Part shown: one piece after another, positions 19,001-29,768 of the stretch
Numbering within the stretch: the stretch's first letter is position 1
Layout of the letters: the number at the start of each line of letters is the position of its first letter
Assembly (NCBI GenBank): GCA_023259015.1
Contig: JAHFRC010000002.1
Location: 2,856 to 66,855 of the forward strand
Direction of reading: 5' to 3'
Source: Nitrosomonadales bacterium
GTDB lineage: Bacteria; Pseudomonadota; Gammaproteobacteria; Burkholderiales; Gallionellaceae
Length of the DNA stretch: 64,000 nucleotides
The notes under the pieces: model-generated
What the model saw: only the letters and a program-made list of their open reading frames with translations
Told to the model about the DNA's origin: nothing
Databases searched by the model: none
Program-made: the position numbers and the translations under genes

Positions 19001-21511
19001 CTAACTGGATCTTTTGGTGGTTTTTCTGGTTGCTGGCTTTTTTGCAGGTGCTTTTGTACGCGGTTTTCTGGACACAGGACCTTTTGCCACTCGTGCGGCC
19101 AGTAGCGCCAAGCCTTCCTCCAAGGTAACCTTGTCCGGTGAAATATCCTTTGGCAAGGTGGCGTTGACCTTGCCATGGCGCACGTAAGGCCCATAACGAC
19201 CGCTGCAAATTTCCACGGCAGCCTCGTCGTCGGGATGGTTACCTAGCATGCGCAACACCGTATTGCCTTCCCTCGCCTGCGCCAGCAATTCCACGGCGCG
19301 ATCCAGCCGGATATCGAAGATACTGTCTGAGCGCGGAATGGATTTGAATTTGCCGTCATGCCCGACATAAGGCCCGAAACGACCGATGTTGACGATGACT
19401 TTTTTTCCGGACTCCGGATGCAAACCCAACTCGCGAGGCAACGATAATAGTTTCAGTGCGCTAGACAGATCGGCTTGTTCAAGGGGCATTTCCTTGGGCC
19501 ATGACACGCGCTTGGGCTTGGTCTTAGCGCCCTCTTCTGTTTCGCCGAGTTGCACGTAATGGCCGTATGGGCCACGCAGCAGTAATACGCTTTGTTTGGT
19601 ATCAGGGTGTGTGCCCAACTCGACGCGGGCTAAGGCATCGTCTTGTAACTCGTCGTTCAAACTGCGCTTGTATTTGCAGGCCGGGTAGTCGGTGCAACTG
19701 ATGAAGCTGCCATAACGGCTAAGTTTCTTGGCAAGCGGCTTGCCGCATTCCGGGCAAGCTTCATCGAGCATTTCGACAGGGCGATCGATGTTAGTCTTTT
19801 CTTTGAGGAGACCGGAAAACCCTTTCCAGAATTCAGCCATGACTCCAACCCAATCACGCTTTCCTTCTGAGACTTCATCCAGCTCATCTTCGAGATGTGC
19901 GGTGAAATCGTAGTCCACATAGCGCGTAAAGTGCTCGGTGAGGAACTTGATGACCACACGGCCGACATCGGTTGGCATGAAGCGTTTCTTGTCGAGTATG
20001 GCGTATTCACGGGCTTGCAGCGTAGAAATAATGGTGGCGTAAGTAGACGGGCGGCCGATGCCATATTCTTCCAGCGACTTCACCAAGCTGGCTTCTGAGT
20101 AGCGCGGCGGCGGCTGGGTGAAGTGTTGTTCGCCATAGAGCTTTTCCACGGACAGCACGTCGCCTTCGGCCAGCAGCGGCAGCTTGGCGACTTCCTCATC
20201 CTCGGCATCATCCACGTCTTCCAGGTACACCCCGATGAAACCGGGAAATATCAACGTCTGCCCAGTGGCGCGGAACAGTGTATCGTCGCTGCTCAAGCGA
20301 ATATCCACGCTCACCGTATCGAAGCGCGCGGGCGCCATTTGGCACGCCAGCGTGCGCTTCCAGATCATCTCATAAAGCCGCGCCTGATCGGCGGTCAAGC
20401 TGCTACGCATGCTACCCGGGGTACGCAATATCGAAGTCGGGCGGATCGCTTCATGCGATTCCTGGGCGTTTTTGGTTTTGCTCTTATAGGCGGGCTGCTT
20501 GACGGGCAGATAATCGGCAGCAAAGTTATCGCGAATGTAACCGCGCATCTCTTCCACCGCCTCTTTTGCCAGCGACACCGAGTCGGTACGCATGTAGGAA
20601 ATCAAGCCGACCGTCTGGCCGCCGATATCCACACCTTCATACAGCGCTTGTGCGGTGCGCATAGTGCGATCCGCAGTCATGCCCAGCTTGCGTACTGCTT
20701 CTTGCTGCAGCGTGGATGTGGTAAACGGTGCGGCAGCGTAGCGCTGCTTGGCTCTTTTCTCGACGCGCACTACCTTGGGTGGCAGTTTGGCATCGCTAAG
20801 CCTGGCGAAAATCGCATCATATTCAGCTTTGCTGCCGATGCTTAGTTGCTCCAGCTTCTTGCCTTGATACTGGAACAGTTTAGCAGTGAAAGGAATGCTG
20901 TTCTTACGGCTGTTGAGATGCACGGTCCAGTATTCCTGTGAACGGAACGCTTCGATTTCCAGTTCGCGCTCGACAATCAGGCGTAATGCCGGGCTTTGTA
21001 CTCGGCCGGCGGAAAGGCCGGGGCGGATTTTGCGCCACAGCAGCGGCGAAAGATTGAAGCCCACCAGATAATCCAGTGCCCGCCGAGCCTGTTGGGCATT
21101 AACCAGGGAAATAGAAATTTCGCGCGGTTGCGCCACCGCCTCGCGTACGGCGGGCTGGGTAATTTCATAAAACACCACGCGCTGCATTTTTTTGTTTTTC
21201 AGGCTGCGCTTGTTTTTGAGAAGTTCGCTGATATGCCAGGCAATAGCTTCTCCTTCGCGATCGGGGTCGGGTGCGAGGTAGATGTGGTCTGCACTAGCGG
21301 CAGCTTTGGCGATGGCGTCAACATGTTTGCTGTTGCGCGCTATGGTTTCATACTGCATGGCAAAACCATTTGCGGTATCGACCGCGCCAGATTTGGGTAT
21401 CAGGTCGCGTACGTGGCCGTAGGATGCCAGCACCTCGAAATCCTTACCCAGGTATTTCTTGAGTGTCTTGGCCTTGGCCGGTGATTCAACGATCAGTAAG
21501 TTGCTTGCCAT
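19001..21511 (-). CDS. topA: DNA topoisomerase I
   Basis: 836 aa. The Toprim N-terminus reads LLIVESPAKAKTLKKYLG...VLASYGHVRDL, and the active-site region reads GLISYMRTDS. The C-terminus has Cys4 zinc ribbons and a basic tail. Confidence 0.95.
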   Translation of the reverse strand: MASNLLIVESPAKAKTLKKYLGKDFEVLASYGHVRDLIPKSGAVDTANGFAMQYETIARNSKHVDAIAKAAASADHIYLAPDPDREGEAIAWHISELLKNKRSLKNKKMQRVVFYEITQPAVREAVAQPREISISLVNAQQARRALDYLVGFNLSPLLWRKIRPGLSAGRVQSPALRLIVERELEIEAFRSQEYWTVHLNSRKNSIPFTAKLFQYQGKKLEQLSIGSKAEYDAIFARLSDAKLPPKVVRVEKRAKQRYAAAPFTTSTLQQEAVRKLGMTADRTMRTAQALYEGVDIGGQTVGLISYMRTDSVSLAKEAVEEMRGYIRDNFAADYLPVKQPAYKSKTKNAQESHEAIRPTSILRTPGSMRSSLTADQARLYEMIWKRTLACQMAPARFDTVSVDIRLSSDDTLFRATGQTLIFPGFIGVYLEDVDDAEDEEVAKLPLLAEGDVLSVEKLYGEQHFTQPPPRYSEASLVKSLEEYGIGRPSTYATIISTLQAREYAILDKKRFMPTDVGRVVIKFLTEHFTRYVDYDFTAHLEDELDEVSEGKRDWVGVMAEFWKGFSGLLKEKTNIDRPVEMLDEACPECGKPLAKKLSRYGSFISCTDYPACKYKRSLNDELQDDALARVELGTHPDTKQSVLLLRGPYGHYVQLGETEEGAKTKPKRVSWPKEMPLEQADLSSALKLLSLPRELGLHPESGKKVIVNIGRFGPYVGHDGKFKSIPRSDSIFDIRLDRAVELLAQAREGNTVLRMLGNHPDDEAAVEICSGRYGPYVRHGKVNATLPKDISPDKVTLEEGLALLAARVAKGPVSRKPRTKAPAKKPATRKTTKRSS

Positions 21512-21535
21512 GGGTAAGTTTTGCAGGGATAGGGA

Positions 21536-21991
21536 TTAATGTAAAACGCCGGGATCAGCCGGAGCAAGCAAATCTTCGACTATCATGGGATCCAGTTCCT
21601 CGTGCTGGTTCCTTAACACCATCAGCGCGATCAACTTGACCTTGCTCAGCGGCAAATTTTCGCGCCCCAGCGCAACGGCACGATCCAGAATCATTTCCCG
21701 TTCCACCGGCGTAATTATTTTGTGATGTCCCCATAACGTCAGGAAACGCCGCGCTTCCGGGCTGATGCGCTTGATTTCCAAGCCAGCGTAGCAGCGCTCT
21801 CCATTGTTATTGATAACATCGGGATAGTCTGCCTGGGATAGTTGCTTCAAACCGGTTAACCAAGCCAGCGCTTGGCTGATATCCTCGTCTTCAAACCCGG
21901 CGGCGCTTAGCTTGAGTGATAGCTTGTCAGAATCGGGATAGCTGCCAGCATAAAAATAGCTTTCAAATAAAAACCTCAAAATATCAAACAT
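21536..21991 (-). CDS. smg: Smg protein (DUF494)
   Basis: 151 aa starting MFDILRFLFESYF...DISQALAWL. It sits between dprA and topA. Confidence 0.85.
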   Translation of the reverse strand: MFDILRFLFESYFYAGSYPDSDKLSLKLSAAGFEDEDISQALAWLTGLKQLSQADYPDVINNNGERCYAGLEIKRISPEARRFLTLWGHHKIITPVEREMILDRAVALGRENLPLSKVKLIALMVLRNQHEELDPMIVEDLLAPADPGVLH

Positions 21992-22013
21992 GGCACTCCG
22001 ATAAAAGACTGAT

Positions 22014-23087
22014 TTAACCTACGCGTTGGTAACGCCCGCCTGGCAAAGTGGCAATGACGCCGTCCAGCTCAAGTTGCAACAGGATGGCGGATAGCGCATC
22101 AATCGTCAAGCCGCTACGCTGCATCAAACTATCGATATCGACTGGATCAAAGCCCAAAAATGCGAGTAGCGGATGGTCTTCCCGCACTATAACTGATGTA
22201 GCTGGATTGGTAGCAAAAAGCCCCAATTCCTCAAGAATGTCTTGTGCATGCTCCACCAGTTTTGCGCCCTGCTTGATCAGGTGGTGACATCCTTTTGACT
22301 GAGTGGCATGTATGGAGCCGGGGATGGCAAACACTTCACGCCCCTGTTCCAGTGCCATGCGTGCGGTGATTAGCGAACCGCTTTGTAATGATGCTTCGAC
22401 TACCAGACAGCCCAGGCTCAGGCCGCTGATGATACGATTACGGCGTGGGAAATTTGCCGCCAGAGGCGGGGTGCCTAAATAAAATTCTGAGATCAACGCT
22501 CCCTCCTGCGCCAGTTGATGCGCCAAATCACGGTTGGCGGCAGGGTAAATCCTGTCCAGCCCGGTGCCTACCACCCCTATGCTGCAACCTGGCCCGCGCA
22601 ATCCGCCACGGTGTGCAGAAGCATCGATGCCATGCGCCATGCCGCTGACGATGCACAGCCCGGCAGCACTAGTTGCCTGAGCAAACGCCTCGGCATTGCT
22701 CAAGCCCTGCGCAGTGGCATTACGGCTGCCGACGATGGCAAGCGCCGGGCGGTTGAGCAATTCACGCCTGCCCTTCACGTACAACAAAAACGGTGGGTCG
22801 GGAATGTTGAGCAAAGTTTGCGGATAATCGGAGTCAGCCAGCGTAACGATGCTGTTTTGCGGGTCATCCAACCATCCGGCAATGGGTGACAGCATGGCTT
22901 CGTCCCAGCCGCAAGCGATGGTTTCCGCTACAGCAGGCTGGACGACCTGCTTCAGGGTGTGTGCAGGTGTAGCAAAGATATGTATGGGATCACCGAAGTT
23001 CTGCAGCAAGCGGCGCAGCCCTTCATTGCCCAACCCCGGTATCTGGTTCAGGGCAATCCATGACGCAAGTTCTGCGTCCATAGGCAT
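22014..23087 (-). CDS. dprA: DNA-processing protein DprA (Smf)
   Basis: 357 aa. The Rossmann-like core reads LAIVGSRNAT..G...A...A...GL.IVSGMAHGIDASAH and RNRIISGLS.G.LVVEA...SGSLITA. Confidence 0.9.
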   Translation of the reverse strand: MPMDAELASWIALNQIPGLGNEGLRRLLQNFGDPIHIFATPAHTLKQVVQPAVAETIACGWDEAMLSPIAGWLDDPQNSIVTLADSDYPQTLLNIPDPPFLLYVKGRRELLNRPALAIVGSRNATAQGLSNAEAFAQATSAAGLCIVSGMAHGIDASAHRGGLRGPGCSIGVVGTGLDRIYPAANRDLAHQLAQEGALISEFYLGTPPLAANFPRRNRIISGLSLGCLVVEASLQSGSLITARMALEQGREVFAIPGSIHATQSKGCHHLIKQGAKLVEHAQDILEELGLFATNPATSVIVREDHPLLAFLGFDPVDIDSLMQRSGLTIDALSAILLQLELDGVIATLPGGRYQRVG

Positions 23088-23093
23088 GGAGAA

Positions 23094-24134
23094 TCAGGGA
23101 GTCAACGCGCTATCCAGCAGCTCTACTGGCAAGCGAGTTTGCATGACGAGCGCATAAGCCGCCTTGTCAAAGGTACGAAACACAAAAAGCAGGCCATAAC
23201 GCATATCCGGCAGGCTGAGATCCTTGCCATTTTCCTTCACTTTTTCTCCTTTGCGGTACAGTGCCAGCACATGGCCATTTTCCATGCCGTCACGGCTTCC
23301 CTTGTTGAGTGTGATGATGGCGTTCTGGCCGGCTTGCGAAACGCCACCATAAATCGAGATGACGCGCGCAGAAAGCTTGCCTTCCGGGGTATGCGGCACA
23401 TAGTTGCTGGCAATTTCTCCACTAGCCGGAATGAGGCGGTCCCCTTTGTTGATTTCCTGAACTGACTTGGTAATCTTGATCGTGCTGAGGTCGGCAAATT
23501 TTTCGACTTCCGCCTCGCCGAGGTAAGTGGCTTCATATCCCAGCACTTCCTTGCTGTCCGGGTCAAGTAGCTCTTTACCCGGGCGATAGATTTGCCACTG
23601 AGACCCCTTGACCTCGGACATTCCTCTTGCATAAGCGATATCGCCCATACCCATGAGGACACGCTGCTCATTGGTACCCACAAGGGCAGGCGCGCCGGCT
23701 AATTCATTTTTCTCGATTACCCGCACATTGCTAAGAAATGGTGCGATATCTTTAAACGGGATGCTGGGAATGGCATTATGTTCGCTGTCTTGCGCTCGTA
23801 ACCTGGGGGAAAGCTTAACGACATTGCCTGACGAAGCTGTACTAGGCGAGCCTGCTTTCTCTCCTCCTCCGATGCGCAATGTGCCAGCTGCACGATCCAG
23901 TATGATTACATCGCCTGGATAAATCCAGTGTGGGTCTTTGATGGTATCTTTATTCATGCCCCAGATTTGCGGCCATTTCCACGGGTCTTTGAAAAACTTG
24001 GCGGAAATATCCCACAGCGTATCGCCTTTCACCACAATGTGGCTATCTGGTGCGCTGTCGCGAATTTCAGGCGTGGCAGCAAGGGTGAAGGCAGGCAATA
24101 AACAGCAAATCAACGATATAATGAACCTTTGCAT
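23094..24134 (-). CDS. LysM-domain peptidoglycan-binding protein (secreted)
   Basis: The signal peptide is MQRFIISLICCLLPAFTLAA and the LysM motif is HIVVKGDTLWDISAKFFKDPWKWPQIW...IYPGDVIIL. The longer ORF to 24197 adds a non-signal extension. Confidence 0.8.
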   Translation of the reverse strand: MQRFIISLICCLLPAFTLAATPEIRDSAPDSHIVVKGDTLWDISAKFFKDPWKWPQIWGMNKDTIKDPHWIYPGDVIILDRAAGTLRIGGGEKAGSPSTASSGNVVKLSPRLRAQDSEHNAIPSIPFKDIAPFLSNVRVIEKNELAGAPALVGTNEQRVLMGMGDIAYARGMSEVKGSQWQIYRPGKELLDPDSKEVLGYEATYLGEAEVEKFADLSTIKITKSVQEINKGDRLIPASGEIASNYVPHTPEGKLSARVISIYGGVSQAGQNAIITLNKGSRDGMENGHVLALYRKGEKVKENGKDLSLPDMRYGLLFVFRTFDKAAYALVMQTRLPVELLDSALTP

Positions 24135-24242
24135 GGCGACCCCGGCGGAGTAAATAAAAATGCGGTTCACCCAAGTTTTCAACGGCCTTAGGTACACAAC
24201 GTTTTAAATTCTGCATCCAGTCTCTTAAATTAGCAAGCATTT

Positions 24243-24746
24243 ATGGCAATTCTCAAAATACTGCAGTATCCGGACGAACGGTTGCATACTATCGCCGAAC
24301 CCGTCTCTGCAGTAACTGCCACAACCCGTAACCTCATACGTGACATGGCGGAAACCATGTATGCCGCCCCTGGTGTAGGGCTGGCAGCTACCCAGGTGGA
24401 TGTGCACCAGCAGGTCATTGTGGTGGATATATCCGAAACCCACGATCAACTGCTGGTATTCATCAATCCGGAAATTATCGCCAGCAGCGGCGAAGCCAAA
24501 CGGGAAGAAGGTTGTCTGTCGGTACCCGGCATCTACGAAAAACTGTTTCGCGCCGAACGCGTCACCGTGCGCGCACTGAATGCGCGGAGTGAACCTTTCA
24601 CGCTGGAGGCGGACGGCTTGCTGGCGACGTGCGTACAGCATGAAATGGACCACCTCAAGGGCAAGGTATTCGTCGAATATCTTTCATTGCTCAAGCAGTC
24701 GCGTATTCGCTCAAAACTGAAGAAGCATCGTCGCGAAACGTTATAA
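24243..24746 (+). CDS. def: Peptide deformylase
   Basis: 167 aa with the three PDF motifs [17 protein letters not shown] and QHEMDHL. Confidence 0.95.
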   Translation: MAILKILQYPDERLHTIAEPVSAVTATTRNLIRDMAETMYAAPGVGLAATQVDVHQQVIVVDISETHDQLLVFINPEIIASSGEAKREEGCLSVPGIYEKLFRAERVTVRALNARSEPFTLEADGLLATCVQHEMDHLKGKVFVEYLSLLKQSRIRSKLKKHRRETL

Positions 24747-24758
24747 CGGAATACTCCC

Positions 24759-25694
24759 TTGAAAATCATTTTCGCTGGCACCCCGCATTTTGCCGCCGCC
24801 GCCCTGGAGGCGTTGCTGAAGCAGCGGTTTACTGTGCTCTCTGTATTGACCCAGCCCGACCGGCCAGCCGGACGCGGTATGCGGCTCACCCATAGCCCGG
24901 TCAAGCAATTGGCTTTGCAACAAGGTTTGCCCGTGTTACAACCCTCTTCTTTGAAGAATGCAGACCTTCAGCGCGAACTCGCCGGGTATGCGGCAGACGT
25001 GATGGTGGTTGCGGCATATGGGTTGATCTTGCCGCAGGCGGTGTTACAGCTGCCGCGCCACGGCTGCCTGAACATCCACGCTTCGTTGCTGCCGCGCTGG
25101 CGTGGTGCGGCACCCATACAGCGTGCCATCCTGGCAGGCGATATTGAAACCGGCATCACCATCATGCAAATGGATGCTGGGCTGGATACCGGAGATATGC
25201 TGCTTAAAAAAACCTGCCCGATCGACGCCCACGATACCGCACAAACGCTGCACGACAAACTGGCAGCGCTGGGCGCGAAAGCCATTGTCGAAACAATGCA
25301 CTTGCTGGAACAGGGGCGGCTGACGCGGGTACCTCAGGATAATGCACAAGCAACGTATGCCCCCAAGCTGGCCAAGGATGAAGCGCAAATCAACTGGACA
25401 TGCGATGCCTCACACATCGCGCATGCGGTGCGCGCCTACAACCCCTTTCCGGTTGCCCATACCACTTTCAATGCAACGCCCATCAAGATATGGCAGGCCA
25501 GTGTGCGAGGAAACTTGAGTGGTAAACCTGGAACAGTGTTGGCCGTAGAAAAAAACGGCATCATCGTGGCATGCGGCCAGGGAGCATTATGTCTGGAAGT
25601 GTTGCAGCGCCCAAATGCCAAGGTGTTGCCTGCGGCACAGTTTATCCAGGGATTCATGTTACATCCAGGCGATCACTGCACTTTTCCTGATTGA
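24759..25694 (+). CDS. fmt: Methionyl-tRNA formyltransferase
   Basis: 311 aa with KIIFAGTPHFAA, LNIHASLLPRWRGAAPIQRAI and a C-terminal beta-barrel domain. A TTG start is implied, since no in-frame ATG lies nearby. Confidence 0.9.
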   Translation: MKIIFAGTPHFAAAALEALLKQRFTVLSVLTQPDRPAGRGMRLTHSPVKQLALQQGLPVLQPSSLKNADLQRELAGYAADVMVVAAYGLILPQAVLQLPRHGCLNIHASLLPRWRGAAPIQRAILAGDIETGITIMQMDAGLDTGDMLLKKTCPIDAHDTAQTLHDKLAALGAKAIVETMHLLEQGRLTRVPQDNAQATYAPKLAKDEAQINWTCDASHIAHAVRAYNPFPVAHTTFNATPIKIWQASVRGNLSGKPGTVLAVEKNGIIVACGQGALCLEVLQRPNAKVLPAAQFIQGFMLHPGDHCTFPD

Positions 25695-25695
25695 C

Positions 25696-26967
25696 ATGGA
25701 TATTGTGCAGCAAGGCGCCAGTCAAGTTATCTGCCAAGTATTGAGCGGGCGCAACCTGAACCATGCATTGAGCGCCTACCTGCGAACCTTCTCCGATTTG
25801 ACTCCGCAACAGCGTGCGGCTTTGCAGGATTTAAGTTACGGTACGCTACGTTTCTACGGACAGTTGGCGCGCGTGCTGGGGCAATTGCTGCATAAGCCGT
25901 TGCAAGATGCACAACTACGCTGCCTATTGCTGGTTGCTTTATACCAATTACAATATAGCAAAGCCGCGTCTCACGCAGTGGTGGATCATGCCGTACGTGC
26001 CACGCGCAAATATAATGCGGCGGCAAACACCCTGGTGAATGCGGTGTTACGCAATTTTTTGCGCAAGCGTGATGCATTGCTCGCCATCGCTGCGAGCAGC
26101 GAGGAAGGCCGCTACTCTTATCCACAATGGTGGATAGATGCTGTCAAGGCGCAATACGGCGATCGGGCGGAAGCCATCTTGCTGTCCGGCAACCAGCGTC
26201 CTCCGATGACACTGCGCGTGAACCGCCGCCGCACCACACTCGCCGCTTACATGGAACTGCTTGCGCAACATGACATCCGGGCTAGCCTGATCGAACCGGA
26301 TGCTGTCCTGTTGCAACGCCCCATACCGGTGGACAAATTACCTGGCTTCTTCGATGGCCTGGTTTCGGTGCAGGATGCAGGAGCGCAATATGCGGCGCAC
26401 CTACTGGATGTGCATGACAGCATGCGCGTACTGGATGCCTGCGCCGCACCTGGTGGCAAGAGCGCTCACCTGCTGGAGCTGGCGCATCTCGACTTGCTTG
26501 CGCTGGACAAGGACGCACAACGTCTGGAGCAGGTGCGCGAAAACATGCAACGCCTGCAGTTGCACGCCAGACTGCAGGTTGGCGATGCGTCGCAACCCGC
26601 CAATTGGTGGAACGGCAAGCCGTTTCAGCGCATTTTGGCCGATGTGCCTTGTTCAGCATCGGGCGTGGTGCGACGCCATCCAGATATTAAATGGCTGCGC
26701 CGCGCTGAAGACATTGATGGGTTCGCAAAACAGCAGATGCAAATCCTTTGCGCATTGTGGCGGCTATTGGCAAGTGATGGTAAATTGCTTTATGCAACCT
26801 GTTCCATTTTTGCGAGTGAGAACCGGCAAGTCATCAGTGAGTTCCTGCAACAACATGATGATGCCCGTTCTGTACCATTGTCTGCATCCAACTTGAGTGA
26901 AGGCCAAATACAGCCCGATGACCAGCATGACGGTTTCTTCTATGCGCTGCTGCACAAACATGCGTAA
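25696..26967 (+). CDS. rsmB: 16S rRNA (cytosine967-C5)-methyltransferase RsmB
   Basis: The N-terminus is NusB-like. The SAM-binding MTase core reads VLDACAAPGGKS...ILADVPCSASGVVRRHPDIKW...LLYATCS. The ATG at 25696 lies directly after the fmt stop. Confidence 0.9.
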   Translation: MDIVQQGASQVICQVLSGRNLNHALSAYLRTFSDLTPQQRAALQDLSYGTLRFYGQLARVLGQLLHKPLQDAQLRCLLLVALYQLQYSKAASHAVVDHAVRATRKYNAAANTLVNAVLRNFLRKRDALLAIAASSEEGRYSYPQWWIDAVKAQYGDRAEAILLSGNQRPPMTLRVNRRRTTLAAYMELLAQHDIRASLIEPDAVLLQRPIPVDKLPGFFDGLVSVQDAGAQYAAHLLDVHDSMRVLDACAAPGGKSAHLLELAHLDLLALDKDAQRLEQVRENMQRLQLHARLQVGDASQPANWWNGKPFQRILADVPCSASGVVRRHPDIKWLRRAEDIDGFAKQQMQILCALWRLLASDGKLLYATCSIFASENRQVISEFLQQHDDARSVPLSASNLSEGQIQPDDQHDGFFYALLHKHA

Positions 26968-27631
26968 AGGACTGAAGAAGGGCCGCCACGTTGCAGCGGA
27001 ACACCTTCCGGCGGTATCAATTCTGCATCAAGCAGGCTCGATAGCAAATTTCCTGACTTTGTTGCACCCATTGCGGGTGTTGCTGCTCTTGGCCGCATGG
27101 ATATCGTTGTTGCTGGCTATTTCCACGGCCTGCGCCGAAGGTATTGCGTTTCGCAAGGCAGAAGCGCACTTTTCCGACGGCAGCTACCAGCTTTCCGCCG
27201 ACTTCGACATCAGCTTCAATTTTGTCGCCGAGCAGGCATTGACGCGGGGAGTGCCGCTGTATTTTGTCAGCGAGTTTACATTGACCCGTCCGCGCTGGTA
27301 CTGGCTGGATGAAATAGTTGCGCAAAGCGAGCAAACCATCAAGTTGTCTTACAACAGCTTGACCAGCCAATATCGCATTACGCGCGGATCTCTATTTCAA
27401 AATTTTGCCAGCTTGAATGAAGCCTTGAATTCCATCAAGCACCAGTCCGTATCCATTCAGGCAGAATTACTCAAAAAAAGGGATGTAAGCCATATTGCAG
27501 CGGTGCGCATTCACCTGGACGTGACGCAATTACCCAAGCCGCTGCAAGTCAACGCACTGACCAACAATGACTGGACTTTCGATTCCGACTGGTATCGCTG
27601 GATCGTGCGCCCTGAGGCGGCTGAGCGTTAA
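26960..27631 (+). CDS. DUF4390-like secreted protein
   Basis: The hydrophobic signal region is LRVLLLLAAWISLLLAISTACA, followed by YQLSADFDISFN...ALTRGVPLYFVSEFTL.RPRWYW. It sits between rsmB and an NtrY-like kinase, its usual position in betaproteobacteria as I recall it. Confidence 0.6.
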   Translation: MRKGLKKGRHVAAEHLPAVSILHQAGSIANFLTLLHPLRVLLLLAAWISLLLAISTACAEGIAFRKAEAHFSDGSYQLSADFDISFNFVAEQALTRGVPLYFVSEFTLTRPRWYWLDEIVAQSEQTIKLSYNSLTSQYRITRGSLFQNFASLNEALNSIKHQSVSIQAELLKKRDVSHIAAVRIHLDVTQLPKPLQVNALTNNDWTFDSDWYRWIVRPEAAER

Positions 27632-27644
27632 GAGTGGTTAAACC

Positions 27645-29768
27645 ATGAAATATTTGATATTCATCAGCGCATTGATCGGCAGTTTGCTGCTTTATTTGCT
27701 ATCGAAGGCCAGCGCCAACACCGACCTTTTCTCGCGCAATTACTATAGCTTGCTGGCGCTTGCAGGTACATTGGCATTGTGCCTTGCAGGGCTGGTCGGA
27801 TATCAGCTTTGGCAACTGCACGGCAAAATCAGGAATCAGGTATTTGGTGCAAAACTTACCCTGCGCCTGGCGCTGGTTTTTACCTTGATTGCTGTTTTGC
27901 CTGGCTTGTTGGTGTATGGTGTATCGGTGCAGTTTCTTGGCAAAAGTATCGAGTCATGGTTCGATGTCAGGGTTGAGAAAGCGCTGGAGGGCGGCTTGAA
28001 CCTTGGTCGCAGTTCGCTGGGAAACGGACTTAAGGAACTGGGTAAAAAAGGACAGTTCATCGCCATGCTTCTGGCAGAGCAAGATCCTGTGCAGCAACCT
28101 CGCACATTAAGCCGATTAATAGACGAGGGCGCCGCACAGGAAGTGGCGTTGTTCACCAACAACGGCAAGCTGCTTACGTTCGCCAGCGGCAGCCATAAAC
28201 TGACCCCCAGCGTACCGGACGCCGCAATACTGCAAGAAGCGCGCAAACAAGGGTTATACAGCATAGTCGATACGCTGCCCGACAACAGCATGGTATGGCG
28301 CGTGCTGGTGCCGGTCAATTCAACGCGCCTGATGCAGGAGTCACACATCCTGCAGTTCGTGCAGCCTGTGCCGAAGCAGCTTTCCAATGATGCGGAAATG
28401 GTACAGTCGGTTTATCGCGATTATCAGCAGCTTTCATTATCCCGCCTCGGATTGAAGCGGTTATATGGCATTACCCTTACTCTTTCGCTGCTGATTGTAT
28501 TGCTGAGCGCGGTGTCGGCTGCCTTTTTCATCAGCGAACGTTTGAGTGCGCCCCTTGCTGCTCTGGCCGAGGGGACGCGCGCGGTAGCGCAGGGTGACTT
28601 CTCGCTTCAACATCCTGTCAAGAGCAGCGATGAACTGGGCGTATTAACTGGGCTATTCAACCAGATGACGCTACAGCTGGCCGACGCAAAGGCCATGAGC
28701 GAACAGCAACAGCTTCAGGTGGAAAATGCCAAGGTTTACCTGGAAAGCGTGCTGGCCCATCTGTCTTCTGGTGTGCTGGTGGTGGACGAGCAATTCCGGC
28801 TACGCACCGTCAACGGCAGTGCAGTGCAAATACTGGGTTCGCCGCTGCCGGAAATGCAGGGCATGCCCCTGCCGGATATCGCTGCCCGGTATTCGCTGCT
28901 GCGGCCTTTTTGCTTCGCTGTGATGCAGGCATTCGATGAATCTCCGACCAGCGAATGGCAACGCCAGATTGAGCGGATCAGCAAAAATGGCAACCAGATG
29001 CTGTTGATGCGCGGCACCCAACTGTCTACGGCGACTGAAAACGGCTACGTGGTGGTGTTCGACGATATCACCTATCTGCTGCAAGCGGAACGCCAAGCCG
29101 CGTGGGGCGAGGTGGCACGCCGCCTAGCGCATGAAATCAAAAATCCGCTGACCCCCATCCAGCTTTCCGCAGAGCGCTTACAGCACAAGTTGAGCGCAAA
29201 GCTGAGTGAGGATGATGCGCTGCTGTTGCAGCGCGCCACGCAGACCATAGTCAGCCAGGTGGCGGCGATGAAAAACATGGTAATGGAATTCTCCGATTAT
29301 GCTCGCGCGCCCTCTCTCAAGCTGGCAATGCTGGATATGCACCAGTTGTTGCGCGAGGTGCTGGGTTTGTATGAGGCCAACAATAGCCCGATTACGTTGC
29401 GCCTGGAAGCAACGCAGCATTGGGTGAAAGGTGATGCGACGCGCTTGCGCCAGGTAATCCACAATCTATTGCAGAACGCGCAGGATGAATTGCAAAATGC
29501 ACCTCGGCCAGAAATCATTTTGAGCACTGCCAATGAAGGCAGTGCATTGAAACTGTACGTGCAGGACAACGGCAGGGGTTTTCCGGAACACTTGCTGGCA
29601 TGCGCCTTTGAGCCATACATGACAACCAAGTCCAAAGGCACTGGACTGGGTCTGGCAATCGTGAAAAAAATCGTGGAGGAGCACGGTGGCAGCATTGCCA
29701 TCGAAAATGTGGCGTCGGGTGGCACGCGGATGAATATCACACTGCCCATGTTAGCGGAGGTTACGTAA
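27645..29768 (+). CDS. ntrY: NtrY-like sensor histidine kinase (multi-TM, HAMP, PAS, HisKA, HATPase)
   Basis: 707 aa. The HAMP region reads ERLSAPLAALAEGTRAVAQGDFS. A PAS-like segment follows. The H-box is LAHEIKNPLTPIQLSAERL and the HATPase region reads DNGRGF...GTGLGLAIVKKIVEEHGG. Confidence 0.7.
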   Translation: MKYLIFISALIGSLLLYLLSKASANTDLFSRNYYSLLALAGTLALCLAGLVGYQLWQLHGKIRNQVFGAKLTLRLALVFTLIAVLPGLLVYGVSVQFLGKSIESWFDVRVEKALEGGLNLGRSSLGNGLKELGKKGQFIAMLLAEQDPVQQPRTLSRLIDEGAAQEVALFTNNGKLLTFASGSHKLTPSVPDAAILQEARKQGLYSIVDTLPDNSMVWRVLVPVNSTRLMQESHILQFVQPVPKQLSNDAEMVQSVYRDYQQLSLSRLGLKRLYGITLTLSLLIVLLSAVSAAFFISERLSAPLAALAEGTRAVAQGDFSLQHPVKSSDELGVLTGLFNQMTLQLADAKAMSEQQQLQVENAKVYLESVLAHLSSGVLVVDEQFRLRTVNGSAVQILGSPLPEMQGMPLPDIAARYSLLRPFCFAVMQAFDESPTSEWQRQIERISKNGNQMLLMRGTQLSTATENGYVVVFDDITYLLQAERQAAWGEVARRLAHEIKNPLTPIQLSAERLQHKLSAKLSEDDALLLQRATQTIVSQVAAMKNMVMEFSDYARAPSLKLAMLDMHQLLREVLGLYEANNSPITLRLEATQHWVKGDATRLRQVIHNLLQNAQDELQNAPRPEIILSTANEGSALKLYVQDNGRGFPEHLLACAFEPYMTTKSKGTGLGLAIVKKIVEEHGGSIAIENVASGGTRMNITLPMLAEVT